From: an uncultured Opitutales bacterium
GTDB taxonomy: Bacteria; Myxococcota_A; UBA9160; SMWR01
DNA length: 64,000 bases
Reading direction: 5' to 3'
NCBI GenBank assembly: GCA_964194865.1
Contig: CAXMOC010000275.1
Location: 1,482-65,481, forward strand
Part shown: positions 27,170 to 35,833 of the stretch, in pieces
Numbering within the stretch: the stretch's first letter is position 1
Layout of the letters: each line of letters starts with the position of its first letter
The notes under the pieces: model-generated
The model's input: the letters and a program-made list of their open reading frames with translations, nothing else
Told to the model about the DNA's origin: nothing
The model's database searches: none
Position numbers and translations under genes: made by a program

Positions 27170-27751
27170 CTAGAGATCCGAAGCCGAGGAAATGATCGTC
27201 CCCACGATGCCGTACTCGTGTGCCTCTTCGGGCGAAAGCCAATGGTTGCGGTCGGTGTCGTGGGCAACCTTCTCGACGGATTGGCCGGTCTTTTCCGCGA
27301 TCAGCCGATTGAGCCGCTCGCGGGCCTTCAAGATCTCCTCGGCCTCGATCTGGATGTCCGTGGCGACGCCGCCCGCGCCGCCCATGGGCTGATGGATCAA
27401 GAAGCGCGTATTCGGCAGGCAGTAGCGGTCCTGCTTTGGCACCGCGAGATAGATATGCACCCCCGCACTAGCGACCCAGCCGGTTCCGATCATTCGGATT
27501 CGAGGCTTTACGAAGCCGATCATGTCGTGGATCGAGTCGCCGGATTCGACGTGGCCACCTTCGGAGTGGATGAAGATCGTGATGTCGTCATCCGAGGCGG
27601 CGGAGAGCGCTAGGAGCTGGGCGGTGACCTCGCGGGCGAGCTGCGTGGTCACTTCGCCGTGAATCAGCACGGTGCGCGCTTCGAAGAGCCGCTCGACGAT
27701 CTTCGAGGAAAAGGCTGCCGACGCCGGGTCGGCTCCGCCTTCCTTGTTCAT
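27170..27751 (-). CDS. clpP: ATP-dependent Clp protease proteolytic subunit
   Basis: ATG at 27751 follows GGAGGG. Ser-His-Asp contexts GWVASAG, FLIHQP, DTDRNHWLS. No clpX adjacent. Confidence 0.88.
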   Translation of the reverse strand: MNKEGGADPASAAFSSKIVERLFEARTVLIHGEVTTQLAREVTAQLLALSAASDDDITIFIHSEGGHVESGDSIHDMIGFVKPRIRMIGTGWVASAGVHIYLAVPKQDRYCLPNTRFLIHQPMGGAGGVATDIQIEAEEILKARERLNRLIAEKTGQSVEKVAHDTDRNHWLSPEEAHEYGIVGTIISSASDL

Positions 27752-27796
27752 GATGTGCCCTCCGTTTGCGCATCGTGGTTGCATTGGCGTTGCGAG

Positions 27797-29032
27797 TCAG
27801 TCAGAAAAAATGCGCCGGATCCTCTCGACCGCTTCCTCGACGTTCTCGCGCGAGTTGAAGGCAGAGATCCGGATGTAGCCCTCTCCCGCCGCTCCGAAGC
27901 CGGAGCCGGGGGTCCCGACCACGTGAGCCTTCGCGAGCAGCTGGTCGAAGCAGTCCCAGGAAGAGCTGCCGCCGGGCGTCTTCATCCAGACGTAGGGGGC
28001 GTGTTCACCGCCAAATAGCTCGAAGCCGGCATCCGTTAGACCTTCGCGAAGGATCGCGGCGTTGCGCATGTAGTAGGCGACCTGTTCGCCGGTCTGCTTG
28101 CTGCCATCCGGAGAGTAGGCGGCCGCGGCGGCGCGTTGAACGATGTAGGGGACGCCGTTGAATTTGGTGGCCTGCCGCCTCGCCCAGAGATCGATCAGAG
28201 CCACGCGTTCACCCGCCGCCGTGGAACCCTTGAGCTCGTGCGGAACGACCGTGTACGCGCAGCGCAGGCCGGTGAAGCCCGCGCGCTTCGAGAAGCTGCG
28301 CATCTCGATCGCACACTCTCGCGCGCCATCGATCTCGTAGATGGAATGAGGCAGCTCATCGTCCTGGATGAACGCATCGTAGGCGGCATCGAAGATCAAC
28401 ACGGCGTCGTGGCGCCGAGCCCACTCGACCCAGGCGGTCAGATTCTCGCGCGATGCCACCGACCCGGTCGGGTTGTTCGGAGAGCAGAGATAGGCGACGT
28501 CGACGGGCTCGGCGGGCGGCGGGGGTGCAAAATCGTTCGCCTGTGTGGCGGGGAGGTAGCGGACGCGTTCGTAAGCGCCCTGCTCGTTGGCTTGGCCGGT
28601 GCGTCCCGCCATGACATTGGTGTCGACGTAGACGGGATAAGTGGGGTCGGTGACGGCGATGCTGCAACCCTCGCCGAAGATCTCCTGGATGTTGCCGCTG
28701 TCCTGCTTGCTTCCGTCCGAGACGAAAATTTCGGTTTCGTCGATCGTGACTCCCCGTGACTGGAAGTCGCGCTCGAGGATCGCCTCGATGAGAAAATCGT
28801 AGCCGCGATCCGGGCCGTAGCCGTGGACGCCCGCTTCGGTGCCCGATTCTGCAGCTGCCTCGCGCAGGGCTTCCACGATGGCAGGGGCCAGCGGCAGGGT
28901 GACGTCGCCGATTCCGAGCTTGATGATCGCCGCAGCGGGGTTGGCCGCTGCAAACTCCGCCACGCGGCGTCCGATCTCCGGAAAGAGATAGCCGGCCGCG
29001 AGCTTGCGGTAGTTCTCGTTGATCCGCGTCAT
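27797..29032 (-). CDS. dapL: LL-diaminopimelate aminotransferase
   Basis: [24 protein letters not shown] and [11 protein letters not shown] are hallmark DapL N-terminal motifs. PLP Lys context [10 protein letters not shown]. Confidence 0.88.
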   Translation of the reverse strand: MTRINENYRKLAAGYLFPEIGRRVAEFAAANPAAAIIKLGIGDVTLPLAPAIVEALREAAAESGTEAGVHGYGPDRGYDFLIEAILERDFQSRGVTIDETEIFVSDGSKQDSGNIQEIFGEGCSIAVTDPTYPVYVDTNVMAGRTGQANEQGAYERVRYLPATQANDFAPPPPAEPVDVAYLCSPNNPTGSVASRENLTAWVEWARRHDAVLIFDAAYDAFIQDDELPHSIYEIDGARECAIEMRSFSKRAGFTGLRCAYTVVPHELKGSTAAGERVALIDLWARRQATKFNGVPYIVQRAAAAAYSPDGSKQTGEQVAYYMRNAAILREGLTDAGFELFGGEHAPYVWMKTPGGSSSWDCFDQLLAKAHVVGTPGSGFGAAGEGYIRISAFNSRENVEEAVERIRRIFSD

Positions 29033-29122
29033 TGGCGCTCGAAGATAGCAGCCCAATTACACGAGGCGGCTTGGTGCTCCGCTGTGCGCGCGACAGCGTG
29101 CGACAATGGGAGCGGCTCGTCG

Positions 29123-30739
29123 TCAGGCGCGACGAGGGTCGACCAGCACTCCGGGGTTCAGAATTCCCGCCGGGTCGAGTTCGGCTTTGGCTGCAATCAG
29201 CCCGCTGGCGAATAGATCCGGTCGCTGCCGGTCATACCAGGGGCGATGATCGCGGCCCACCGCGTGATGATGGGTGATGCTGCCTCCGTGTCGCAGCAGC
29301 GCCTCGCTGGCGGCGAGCTTGATTTCACCCCACTGCTCGAGCTCACTACCGCGCCGGCCGGGCGCCATGATGGTGTAGTACGGGGCTGCACCGTCGGGGT
29401 AGGCGTGCGTGAAGCGGCAAGTCACGCTGCCCGAGCCGCAGATTCGTTTCACGGCATCGCGCGTCGCGGCCATGACCTCCGCGTGGAACTCTTCGAACCG
29501 GTCCCACGGGATGGCGGTCTCGAAGGTTTCGCTGATGACGGCAGCTCGGACGACGGCATCCCGGAGATACGGGGCGTTCAGGAAGGCGTTGCGCCAGGCG
29601 CCCGCCGCGCCTTCGCGGGCCCCTTGGCCGGGACTTGTCTTGCCAGAGGCCTCGTCCACCTGGCCGCCGCTGTCTCGACAGCATTCCAGAGCGCGATTCA
29701 GCCAGCTGTCGAGCGGGTGGTCGGCGGATTCGAATCCGAGCACCAGCACGGCCGCGTCTCCCGGCCCGGCGCCCGCGCCCGCGGCCTCGGTCGGATCCAG
29801 CAGACGGCAGTTGGACGGGTAGAGCCCTGTCTGTGACAGCAAGCGAACCGCCTCGGCGCCGGCCGCGAAGCCCTCGTCACCCGGGAAGCGCACGGTTGCG
29901 GCGGCGCGGAAGCTGGGCCGATCCTGCAGCCGCATCCACGCCTCGGTGATGATGCCCAAGATGCCTTCGGAGCCGATCAGCCAGCGGTCCGGGCTGGGAC
30001 CGGCTCCGGATCCGGGCAACCGCCGACTCTCGATGACGCCTGTGGGCGTCAGCGCGCGAATCGATTCCACGAAGTCGTCGATATGGGTATACAGAGTTGC
30101 GTAATGCCCGCCGGAGCGGGTAGCGATCCAGCCCCCCAGCGTCGAGAACTCGAAGGACTGGGGAAAGTGTCGCAGCGTCAGGCCCCTGGGCTTGAGCTCG
30201 GCTTCGAGCGCCGGGCCGAGGATTCCCGCTTGGATTCGAGCGGCGCGCGACGTGGTATCGATCTCCAGTACGCGATCGAGTTGGGACAGGTCGATGGAGA
30301 TCGAGCCCGCGTAGTCGTCGCCAACGCGCGCCTCGACTCCACCCACGACGGAGGTCCCGCCGCCATACGGAATGGCTGCAGCCCGAGCGTCACTGCACCA
30401 ATCGAGCAGGGCGGAAACCTCTGCCTCGCTGCGCGGGAAGGCGACCTGATCGGGTGGGTTTTCGAAGTTGCCCCTGGCACCACGCACGATGTCGCGAAAG
30501 GACTTCCCGTAGGTGTGTGAGGCGCGGTCGTAGCTCGAGCTCGAGCAGATGGAGGCGAGCGCTGCCGGCGGTTCGAGGCGGGGCTTCGGCAGCTCGACGT
30601 CGTCGATGCGGGGCTCCGGTGCCAGCTCCAGCGGCGTGCCGAAGCGCTTGGAGAGGGCCGCAGCGATGCCGAGGGACTGCGCTTCGTCGGGTCCGTCGCC
30701 CTCGAGTCCCCAGCCCCAGAACTTGCGTCGCCTGGCCAT
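29123..30739 (-). CDS. FAD-binding oxidase, alkylglycerone-phosphate synthase (AGPS)-like
   Basis: MARRRKFWGWG N-terminus (compare KWNGWG in AGPS). FAD-binding PCMH domain. C-terminal SITHHHAVGRDHRPW (the HHH loop typical of AGPS rather than GlcD/D-LDH). Confidence 0.8.
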   Translation of the reverse strand: MARRRKFWGWGLEGDGPDEAQSLGIAAALSKRFGTPLELAPEPRIDDVELPKPRLEPPAALASICSSSSYDRASHTYGKSFRDIVRGARGNFENPPDQVAFPRSEAEVSALLDWCSDARAAAIPYGGGTSVVGGVEARVGDDYAGSISIDLSQLDRVLEIDTTSRAARIQAGILGPALEAELKPRGLTLRHFPQSFEFSTLGGWIATRSGGHYATLYTHIDDFVESIRALTPTGVIESRRLPGSGAGPSPDRWLIGSEGILGIITEAWMRLQDRPSFRAAATVRFPGDEGFAAGAEAVRLLSQTGLYPSNCRLLDPTEAAGAGAGPGDAAVLVLGFESADHPLDSWLNRALECCRDSGGQVDEASGKTSPGQGAREGAAGAWRNAFLNAPYLRDAVVRAAVISETFETAIPWDRFEEFHAEVMAATRDAVKRICGSGSVTCRFTHAYPDGAAPYYTIMAPGRRGSELEQWGEIKLAASEALLRHGGSITHHHAVGRDHRPWYDRQRPDLFASGLIAAKAELDPAGILNPGVLVDPRRA

Positions 30740-30759
30740 GTCTGCCTCCGTCGCGTCAA

Positions 30760-31632
30760 CTAGCGGGGCGCGAGGGCCTCGAGAATCCGCAGGTCTGGGC
30801 CGGGTTGCCCATCGGGGCGAAAGGGTTGGATGCAGACGTGATCTGCCCCCGCATCGCGATGGGCCTGGATTCGATCCGCGATCGTCTTTTCGTCGCCCCA
30901 GGCCACGATGGCGTCTACGAGTCGATCGCTGCCGCCGTCCGCGAAGTCGGCGTCTTCGAAGCCCAGCCACTTCAGGTTGTTCTGATAATTGGGAAGCCCG
31001 GTGTAGACGGCCATGTTCTTGCGAGCGATCTCGCGGGCCCGGGTGGCGTCGGTCTCCAGCAGCACCATCTGTTCGGGGCAGAGCAACGGCCCGGTCCCGA
31101 GGATCTCGCGAGCCCTGGCGGTGTGTTCCGGCGGCACGAAGTAAGGGTGCGCGCCGCTGGCCTGCTGGCCGGACAGGCGCAACATGTTCTCCCGCAGCGC
31201 CGCCAACACGATGGGTGCTTCCCGGTCGGGCCGAGGGCCGTGGTAGAGCGCGCTCTTCATCGCCTCCAAGTAGCTTCGCATGGTGGAGACGGGTTTCTTG
31301 TACTCGTGACCTCGAACCTTGCTGACGAGGTGCGAGTGGGAGACGCCGATTCCGAGGATGAACCGACCACACGTGAGCTCTGCGAGCGTCTGCTGAATGG
31401 CTCGCATCGCCATCGGATCGCGCGCGTAGATGTTGGCGATGCCGGTGGCCAGGACGAGCTGCTCGGTCTGTCCGCCCAGATAGCCGATCAAAGAGAATGG
31501 GTCGCGTCCCACGGCTTCGGGAACCCAGAGCGCGGAGTAGCCCCAGGCTTCCAGCTGGTTCGCGAACTCGCCGGCCTGCGTGGCGGCCATCGCGTCGAGC
31601 CAGGTCCAGACTCCCAGGCGGCCCAGATCCAT
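30760..31632 (-). CDS. luciferase-like monooxygenase (LLM) class oxidoreductase, probably F420-dependent
   Basis: MDLGRLGVWTWLD, then GYSALWVPEAVGRDPF and ATGIANIYARDP patterns typical of the LLM F420 subclass. 290 aa. Confidence 0.78.
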   Translation of the reverse strand: MDLGRLGVWTWLDAMAATQAGEFANQLEAWGYSALWVPEAVGRDPFSLIGYLGGQTEQLVLATGIANIYARDPMAMRAIQQTLAELTCGRFILGIGVSHSHLVSKVRGHEYKKPVSTMRSYLEAMKSALYHGPRPDREAPIVLAALRENMLRLSGQQASGAHPYFVPPEHTARAREILGTGPLLCPEQMVLLETDATRAREIARKNMAVYTGLPNYQNNLKWLGFEDADFADGGSDRLVDAIVAWGDEKTIADRIQAHRDAGADHVCIQPFRPDGQPGPDLRILEALAPR

Positions 31633-31700
31633 ATCGCTCCTCCTCGGGACGGGCAGGGTAACCCAATCCCCTGCACGGTCGTTGTGTCAGAATCCGCTCC

Positions 31701-32318
31701 ATGCCCAGCCCTCGGTCGGGGACCCGATTCGCTCGCGTGTTCGGCGCCGCCGCACTCGCTGCAGCGCTGTCACTTCCCCTGGGCTGGGTGATCTCGGATC
31801 GGTTGGAGCAAGACAACGACTTTTGCAACTCCTGCCACCTGCCGTCCGGAACACCGCTGCACATCGACATCCGCCGAGACTTCGACCTCACGCCGCCGCA
31901 GACCCTGGCCGGACTGCACGGGGGCTCGGACAGCGGCCGCGAAGACGCCGCCTTTCGCTGTATCGACTGCCACGGAGGTGCGAGCCTCATCGGTCGGGCG
32001 CGGGTGAAAGCCCTCGCGGGGCTCGACCTGCTCTGGTATGTGGTCGGGCGCTTCGAGGAGCCCAGCCAGATGGCGTGGCCACTGTGGGACGAGGATTGCA
32101 GTCAATGTCACCCGACCTTCGATTCGGTGGCGTCGCTGGCGTGGGAGACGCCGCGGTTTCATGAACTCCCGGTGCACAATGTCGACCTCGGGGTAGACTG
32201 CGTCGAGTGCCACCGTTCGCATCAGGCAGGCAATCCGGAAGCCCACTTTCTGGAGGTGAGTTCCGTGCGGAGCCAGTGTGCAAGGTGTCATCTGGAATTC
32301 AAGGAGGAATCGAGATGA
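31701..32318 (+). CDS. membrane-anchored pentaheme c-type cytochrome
   Basis: N-terminal TM helix. Five CxxCH motifs (CNSCH, CIDCH, CSQCH, CVECH, CARCH) in 205 aa. Confidence 0.75.
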   Translation: MPSPRSGTRFARVFGAAALAAALSLPLGWVISDRLEQDNDFCNSCHLPSGTPLHIDIRRDFDLTPPQTLAGLHGGSDSGREDAAFRCIDCHGGASLIGRARVKALAGLDLLWYVVGRFEEPSQMAWPLWDEDCSQCHPTFDSVASLAWETPRFHELPVHNVDLGVDCVECHRSHQAGNPEAHFLEVSSVRSQCARCHLEFKEESR

Positions 32319-33142
32319 GTCGCCAGCTTTGGATGGGTTTGCTCTGTGCGGTGTCGATTGCACCGGCGGCGGCGTTGGCATACCCAGGAGGCACGCCCAA
32401 CTACCAAACGGATGCTGCCCCGTTCTGTGCCAGCTGTCATTCGTCGCTGGACGCCGAAGCACTGGCGGGCGCGGGTGAGCGCGCGGAGAAGGAGGTCGCG
32501 GAACGTAAGCACATCGCCGTGATTCTCTCGGGCCAGCGCGGTTACGAGGGTTTGAGCGAGCCAGACCGCCGCACCCTTGCGAATCAAATCCGAGCGCTCG
32601 ACGAGGCTTCCAGCGTGACCCTCGAAGCACCCGAGGCGGTCGAGGCGGGTGGAACCCTGCGCGTCACCGTTCGTGTGACCGGCGGCGCGGGTCCGGCCGT
32701 CGGAGTGGGCCTCGTCGACGCCAACCACCGCTGGTACGCGCGTCCGGCGTCGTCGGCCGGTTGGTCGGTCGTCGCGCCACCCGACATCCGCGACTCGAAG
32801 GGCCAGCCACGCACGGACTGGCTCGAAAGGCGCCCCGAGGGCAGCCGCAACCTCTCGTTCGTCAACGTCACCGGAATCTCGTCCGACTCGGCGACCCAGC
32901 AGTGGGACAGCGCCACGGTGGTCTTCACCCTGCGCGCGCCCGACCGCCCTGGCACATATCCGCTGGCCGCGGCGTTCTGGTACGGCACGGAGAAGTCGAC
33001 CTTGCTCGGCTACAAGACGGACCCGATGGGCCGCAAGGAAGTACGTGGTGGCTTCGGTGGTGGGTCCGGGCGCGTGCGCTTCACCCCGGTGTTACAGATC
33101 GAGGTGCGACAGCGCGGGGCCGCTGCGGCTGGTGCAAATTGA
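32315..33142 (+). CDS. secreted monoheme c-type protein, otherwise uncharacterised
   Basis: AAGGAGG SD. ATGA overlap with the upstream stop. Signal peptide. Single CASCH. The remainder is beta-rich and Ig-like in composition. Confidence 0.65.
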   Translation: MSRQLWMGLLCAVSIAPAAALAYPGGTPNYQTDAAPFCASCHSSLDAEALAGAGERAEKEVAERKHIAVILSGQRGYEGLSEPDRRTLANQIRALDEASSVTLEAPEAVEAGGTLRVTVRVTGGAGPAVGVGLVDANHRWYARPASSAGWSVVAPPDIRDSKGQPRTDWLERRPEGSRNLSFVNVTGISSDSATQQWDSATVVFTLRAPDRPGTYPLAAAFWYGTEKSTLLGYKTDPMGRKEVRGGFGGGSGRVRFTPVLQIEVRQRGAAAAGAN

Positions 33143-33149
33143 CGCCCCG

Positions 33150-34586
33150 TCAGCCTGCGTGGCGCGTGAATTGGCCGTCGTGGAGCTTCCCCAGATAGGT
33201 GTCTAGCTCGCGCTTGACCTTGCCCGACAGGAGCATTACTCCCACTAGATTGGGAAACGCCATTCCCAGGATCATCATGTCGCTGAATTCGATGACGGCA
33301 TTTGCCTGGAAGATCGCGCCCAGCCACACGAACAGCAGAAAAATCGCCTTGTAGAGAAGGATCGTACGAATCCCGAACAGGCGCGCCCAGCACTGCTCGC
33401 CGTAGTAGCTCCAGGAGATCATCGTGCTGAAGGCGAAGAGCAGGGCGATGAACGAGAGCACCACGGGAAACCAGGAGAAGACGCTCGCAAACGCCCACGA
33501 GGTCATGGCGATGCCGCTCCCCGCGTTTGGAGCTTCGTGAGCGCCCGTCACTACCAACACCAGACCGGTGATCGTGCAGACGATGACGGTGTCGATGAAG
33601 GGTTCGAGTAGCGCGACGATGCCCTCGCGCACGGGCTCGTCAGTTCGGGCCGCCGCGTGAACGATCGCGGCGGATCCGGTTCCGGCTTCGTTGCTGAAGG
33701 CCGCGCGTCGGAAGCCCTGGATCAACACCCCGACAAAACCTCCGGCTCCGGCGTCCCAGGCGAAGGCTTTACTGACGATCGTACCCAGCGCCGGCCCGAG
33801 CGAATCGGCGTTCGCGAGCAGGATCCAGCCGCCGCAGACCACATAGATGATGCACATGAAGGGGACGAGCCGGGCGGCCACTTCCCCGATGCGCTTGATC
33901 CCACCGATGATGACCACGCCGACCAGCGCCGCCAGCAGTAGCCCGAACACCACCGCACCGGCTCGATTTGCGACCATGGGCAGGACGCTGGAAATCTGAG
34001 CAAACGACTGATTGGCCTGGAACATATTTCCGCCGCCCAGGCTGCCTCCGATACACATCAGGGCAAAGAGGGTGGCCAGCAGCTTGCCCAGGCGGGGGAG
34101 CCTCAACTCGGCCAGGCCATCTCGCAGATAGTGCATGGCGCCACCCGAGACGTGGCCGTCGCTTCGAGTCACACGGTAGAGCTGGCCGAGTGCGCATTCG
34201 GCGAACTTCGAACTCATACCCAGGAAGCCGGCCGTCACCATCCAGAAGATGGCTCCGGGTCCGCCGATGCCGACGGCTACCGCCACGCCGGCGATGTTGC
34301 CGAGCCCAACGGTCGCGGAGAGTGCTGCCGACAGCGCCTGGAAGTGGGAGATCTCGCCTTCCGCTTGCGGATCGGTGTATTGCCCGCGCACGCAATCGAC
34401 GGCGTGGCGGAAGGCGCGAATGTTCACGAACTGAAAGCGTGCGGTGAAATAGACAGCGCCAAGAATCAGCCACAGCACCACCAGCGGAATCGAAACCTGC
34501 GGACTCCAGAAGGCGACGTCGAAGAAGATCACCGCATCGAGCGGAGCGACGATATAGGTGGCAAAGAATTGTTCGAGCCGGTCCAA
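33150..34586 (-). CDS. alanine/glycine:cation symporter (AGCS family)
   Basis: Polytopic 478-aa protein with AGCS-type motifs (ISHFQALSAALSATVGLGNIAGVA). TTG start after AAGGGGGGAAG. Confidence 0.88.
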   Translation of the reverse strand: MDRLEQFFATYIVAPLDAVIFFDVAFWSPQVSIPLVVLWLILGAVYFTARFQFVNIRAFRHAVDCVRGQYTDPQAEGEISHFQALSAALSATVGLGNIAGVAVAVGIGGPGAIFWMVTAGFLGMSSKFAECALGQLYRVTRSDGHVSGGAMHYLRDGLAELRLPRLGKLLATLFALMCIGGSLGGGNMFQANQSFAQISSVLPMVANRAGAVVFGLLLAALVGVVIIGGIKRIGEVAARLVPFMCIIYVVCGGWILLANADSLGPALGTIVSKAFAWDAGAGGFVGVLIQGFRRAAFSNEAGTGSAAIVHAAARTDEPVREGIVALLEPFIDTVIVCTITGLVLVVTGAHEAPNAGSGIAMTSWAFASVFSWFPVVLSFIALLFAFSTMISWSYYGEQCWARLFGIRTILLYKAIFLLFVWLGAIFQANAVIEFSDMMILGMAFPNLVGVMLLSGKVKRELDTYLGKLHDGQFTRHAG

Positions 34587-34688
34587 GTCTTCCCCCCTTC
34601 GGTTTCGAGGCGTCCGCGGTCAGGGGGGAGACAGCGCGCTCGGGAGGATATGCGGTTGTCGGAGCGAGCGCCCAGCGCCCGCTGCTGC

Positions 34689-35729
34689 CTATTCCCGCCG
34701 GATCTCGCCTTCCACGTCGACCGACCAGCGGGCCGCGAGCCGACGCCTGCCGAATGCTCGCAGCCAGGCGTAGCGAGGGACCCGATAGAGCGAGACCAGC
34801 ATTCGCCCGCCGCGTGCAGGCCCGACCCAATCCAGGCGCACATAGCCCAGGGATTTGAATTCGGCCCGCGTATTGGGCTCGGAGTCGCGGCGCTTGCGCA
34901 GATCCGATCCGGCGCCAGAGATTACGTGGAGTGGCGGGTTGGGCTCATCCATCTCGAGCACGGCGAGCCAGTGTTCGTGACCGGACAGAACCAGCTGCAC
35001 ATTCACGTCCGCTTCCGCGATGGCTCGCTCGAGCAGCGCCGCGTAGCCCGGATTCGGGGTCGAATCATCCCGATTTCTGACCATCGCCATCGGGCGGTGG
35101 CTAGCGAGCACGCGCCACGGCCCGCGCGCGGCGCGCAAGGCGGCGACCAGGGGAGCGATCGACCCGCTCTCGAGGAGCGCCTCGGAGTCCACCAGCACCA
35201 GGCTGACTCGATCCAGGACCTCGCTGACCTCGGCCGCTCCGCGGGCCATCTGCCAGTTCGAGACGAGCTGTGGAAGGGTGGATCGCTGAAGTTCGGGGCT
35301 TTCCGGGCTGTCGTAGTCGTGATTGCCCAAGAGCGCGTAGATTGGAATCGGGTGTCGGCGTGCGAGCGGGAGCATGCAGGCATCAGCGACCTCGCGGTAG
35401 CGCTTCGCATCGCCGGCCACGAAGTGACAGAATTGCCGCACCACGTTGCTGCGCACCCGGTCGATCAACTCGCGCCGCTTCAGCCCGTTGGGATAGAAGT
35501 TGTCTCCGAGCAGCAACAGTGCATCGACGGGTCGCTCCTGGTCCTCGTCGGCCATTGCATTTCCGACAGCCAGGGCGCGCGCGTAGTCGGTCGCGTTGTT
35601 CGGGTCGGCGCCGGTGTCACCCACCGCGAGCAACGACCAGCGGACGTTGTCGGGCGGGGGCTCTCCACAGCCACTGGCCAAGAGCAGTGCCAACGTTGGG
35701 AGCGCGGCGCACAGCGCCCAGCCTGCCAT
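34689..35729 (-). CDS. metallophosphoesterase lipoprotein
   Basis: Lipobox LLLASGC. Calcineurin-like motifs GDTGAD, GDNFY, GNHDY, GHEH. The ATG at 35729 is preferred over the TTG at 35750. Confidence 0.8.
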   Translation of the reverse strand: MAGWALCAALPTLALLLASGCGEPPPDNVRWSLLAVGDTGADPNNATDYARALAVGNAMADEDQERPVDALLLLGDNFYPNGLKRRELIDRVRSNVVRQFCHFVAGDAKRYREVADACMLPLARRHPIPIYALLGNHDYDSPESPELQRSTLPQLVSNWQMARGAAEVSEVLDRVSLVLVDSEALLESGSIAPLVAALRAARGPWRVLASHRPMAMVRNRDDSTPNPGYAALLERAIAEADVNVQLVLSGHEHWLAVLEMDEPNPPLHVISGAGSDLRKRRDSEPNTRAEFKSLGYVRLDWVGPARGGRMLVSLYRVPRYAWLRAFGRRRLAARWSVDVEGEIRRE

Positions 35730-35833
35730 GGGGCTGTCCGTCGATCTCAAGATGTCTTGGCTCTCACGGCTTGCCCTCCGCCGGCCGAAGCCCTGACGGG
35801 CGCCGGCTGGCTCGCCTATGCTGGCCGCCCCGC

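Noticed and set aside
29123-31990. The 955-aa ORF, which suggests one giant protein.
   Set aside because: Only the C-terminal 539 aa (from MARRRKFWGWG at 30739) is protein-like. The upstream part is the out-of-frame shadow of the LLM gene region.
34587-34688. A glycine riboswitch upstream of the alanine/glycine symporter. The leader contains ACCGAAGGGG, as in the glycine aptamer core.
   Set aside because: The other conserved aptamer segments (the GGAGAG P1 side and the CUCAGGCAAAAGGAC-like 3' part) are absent, and the leader is only about 100 nt. The match is just the SD region.
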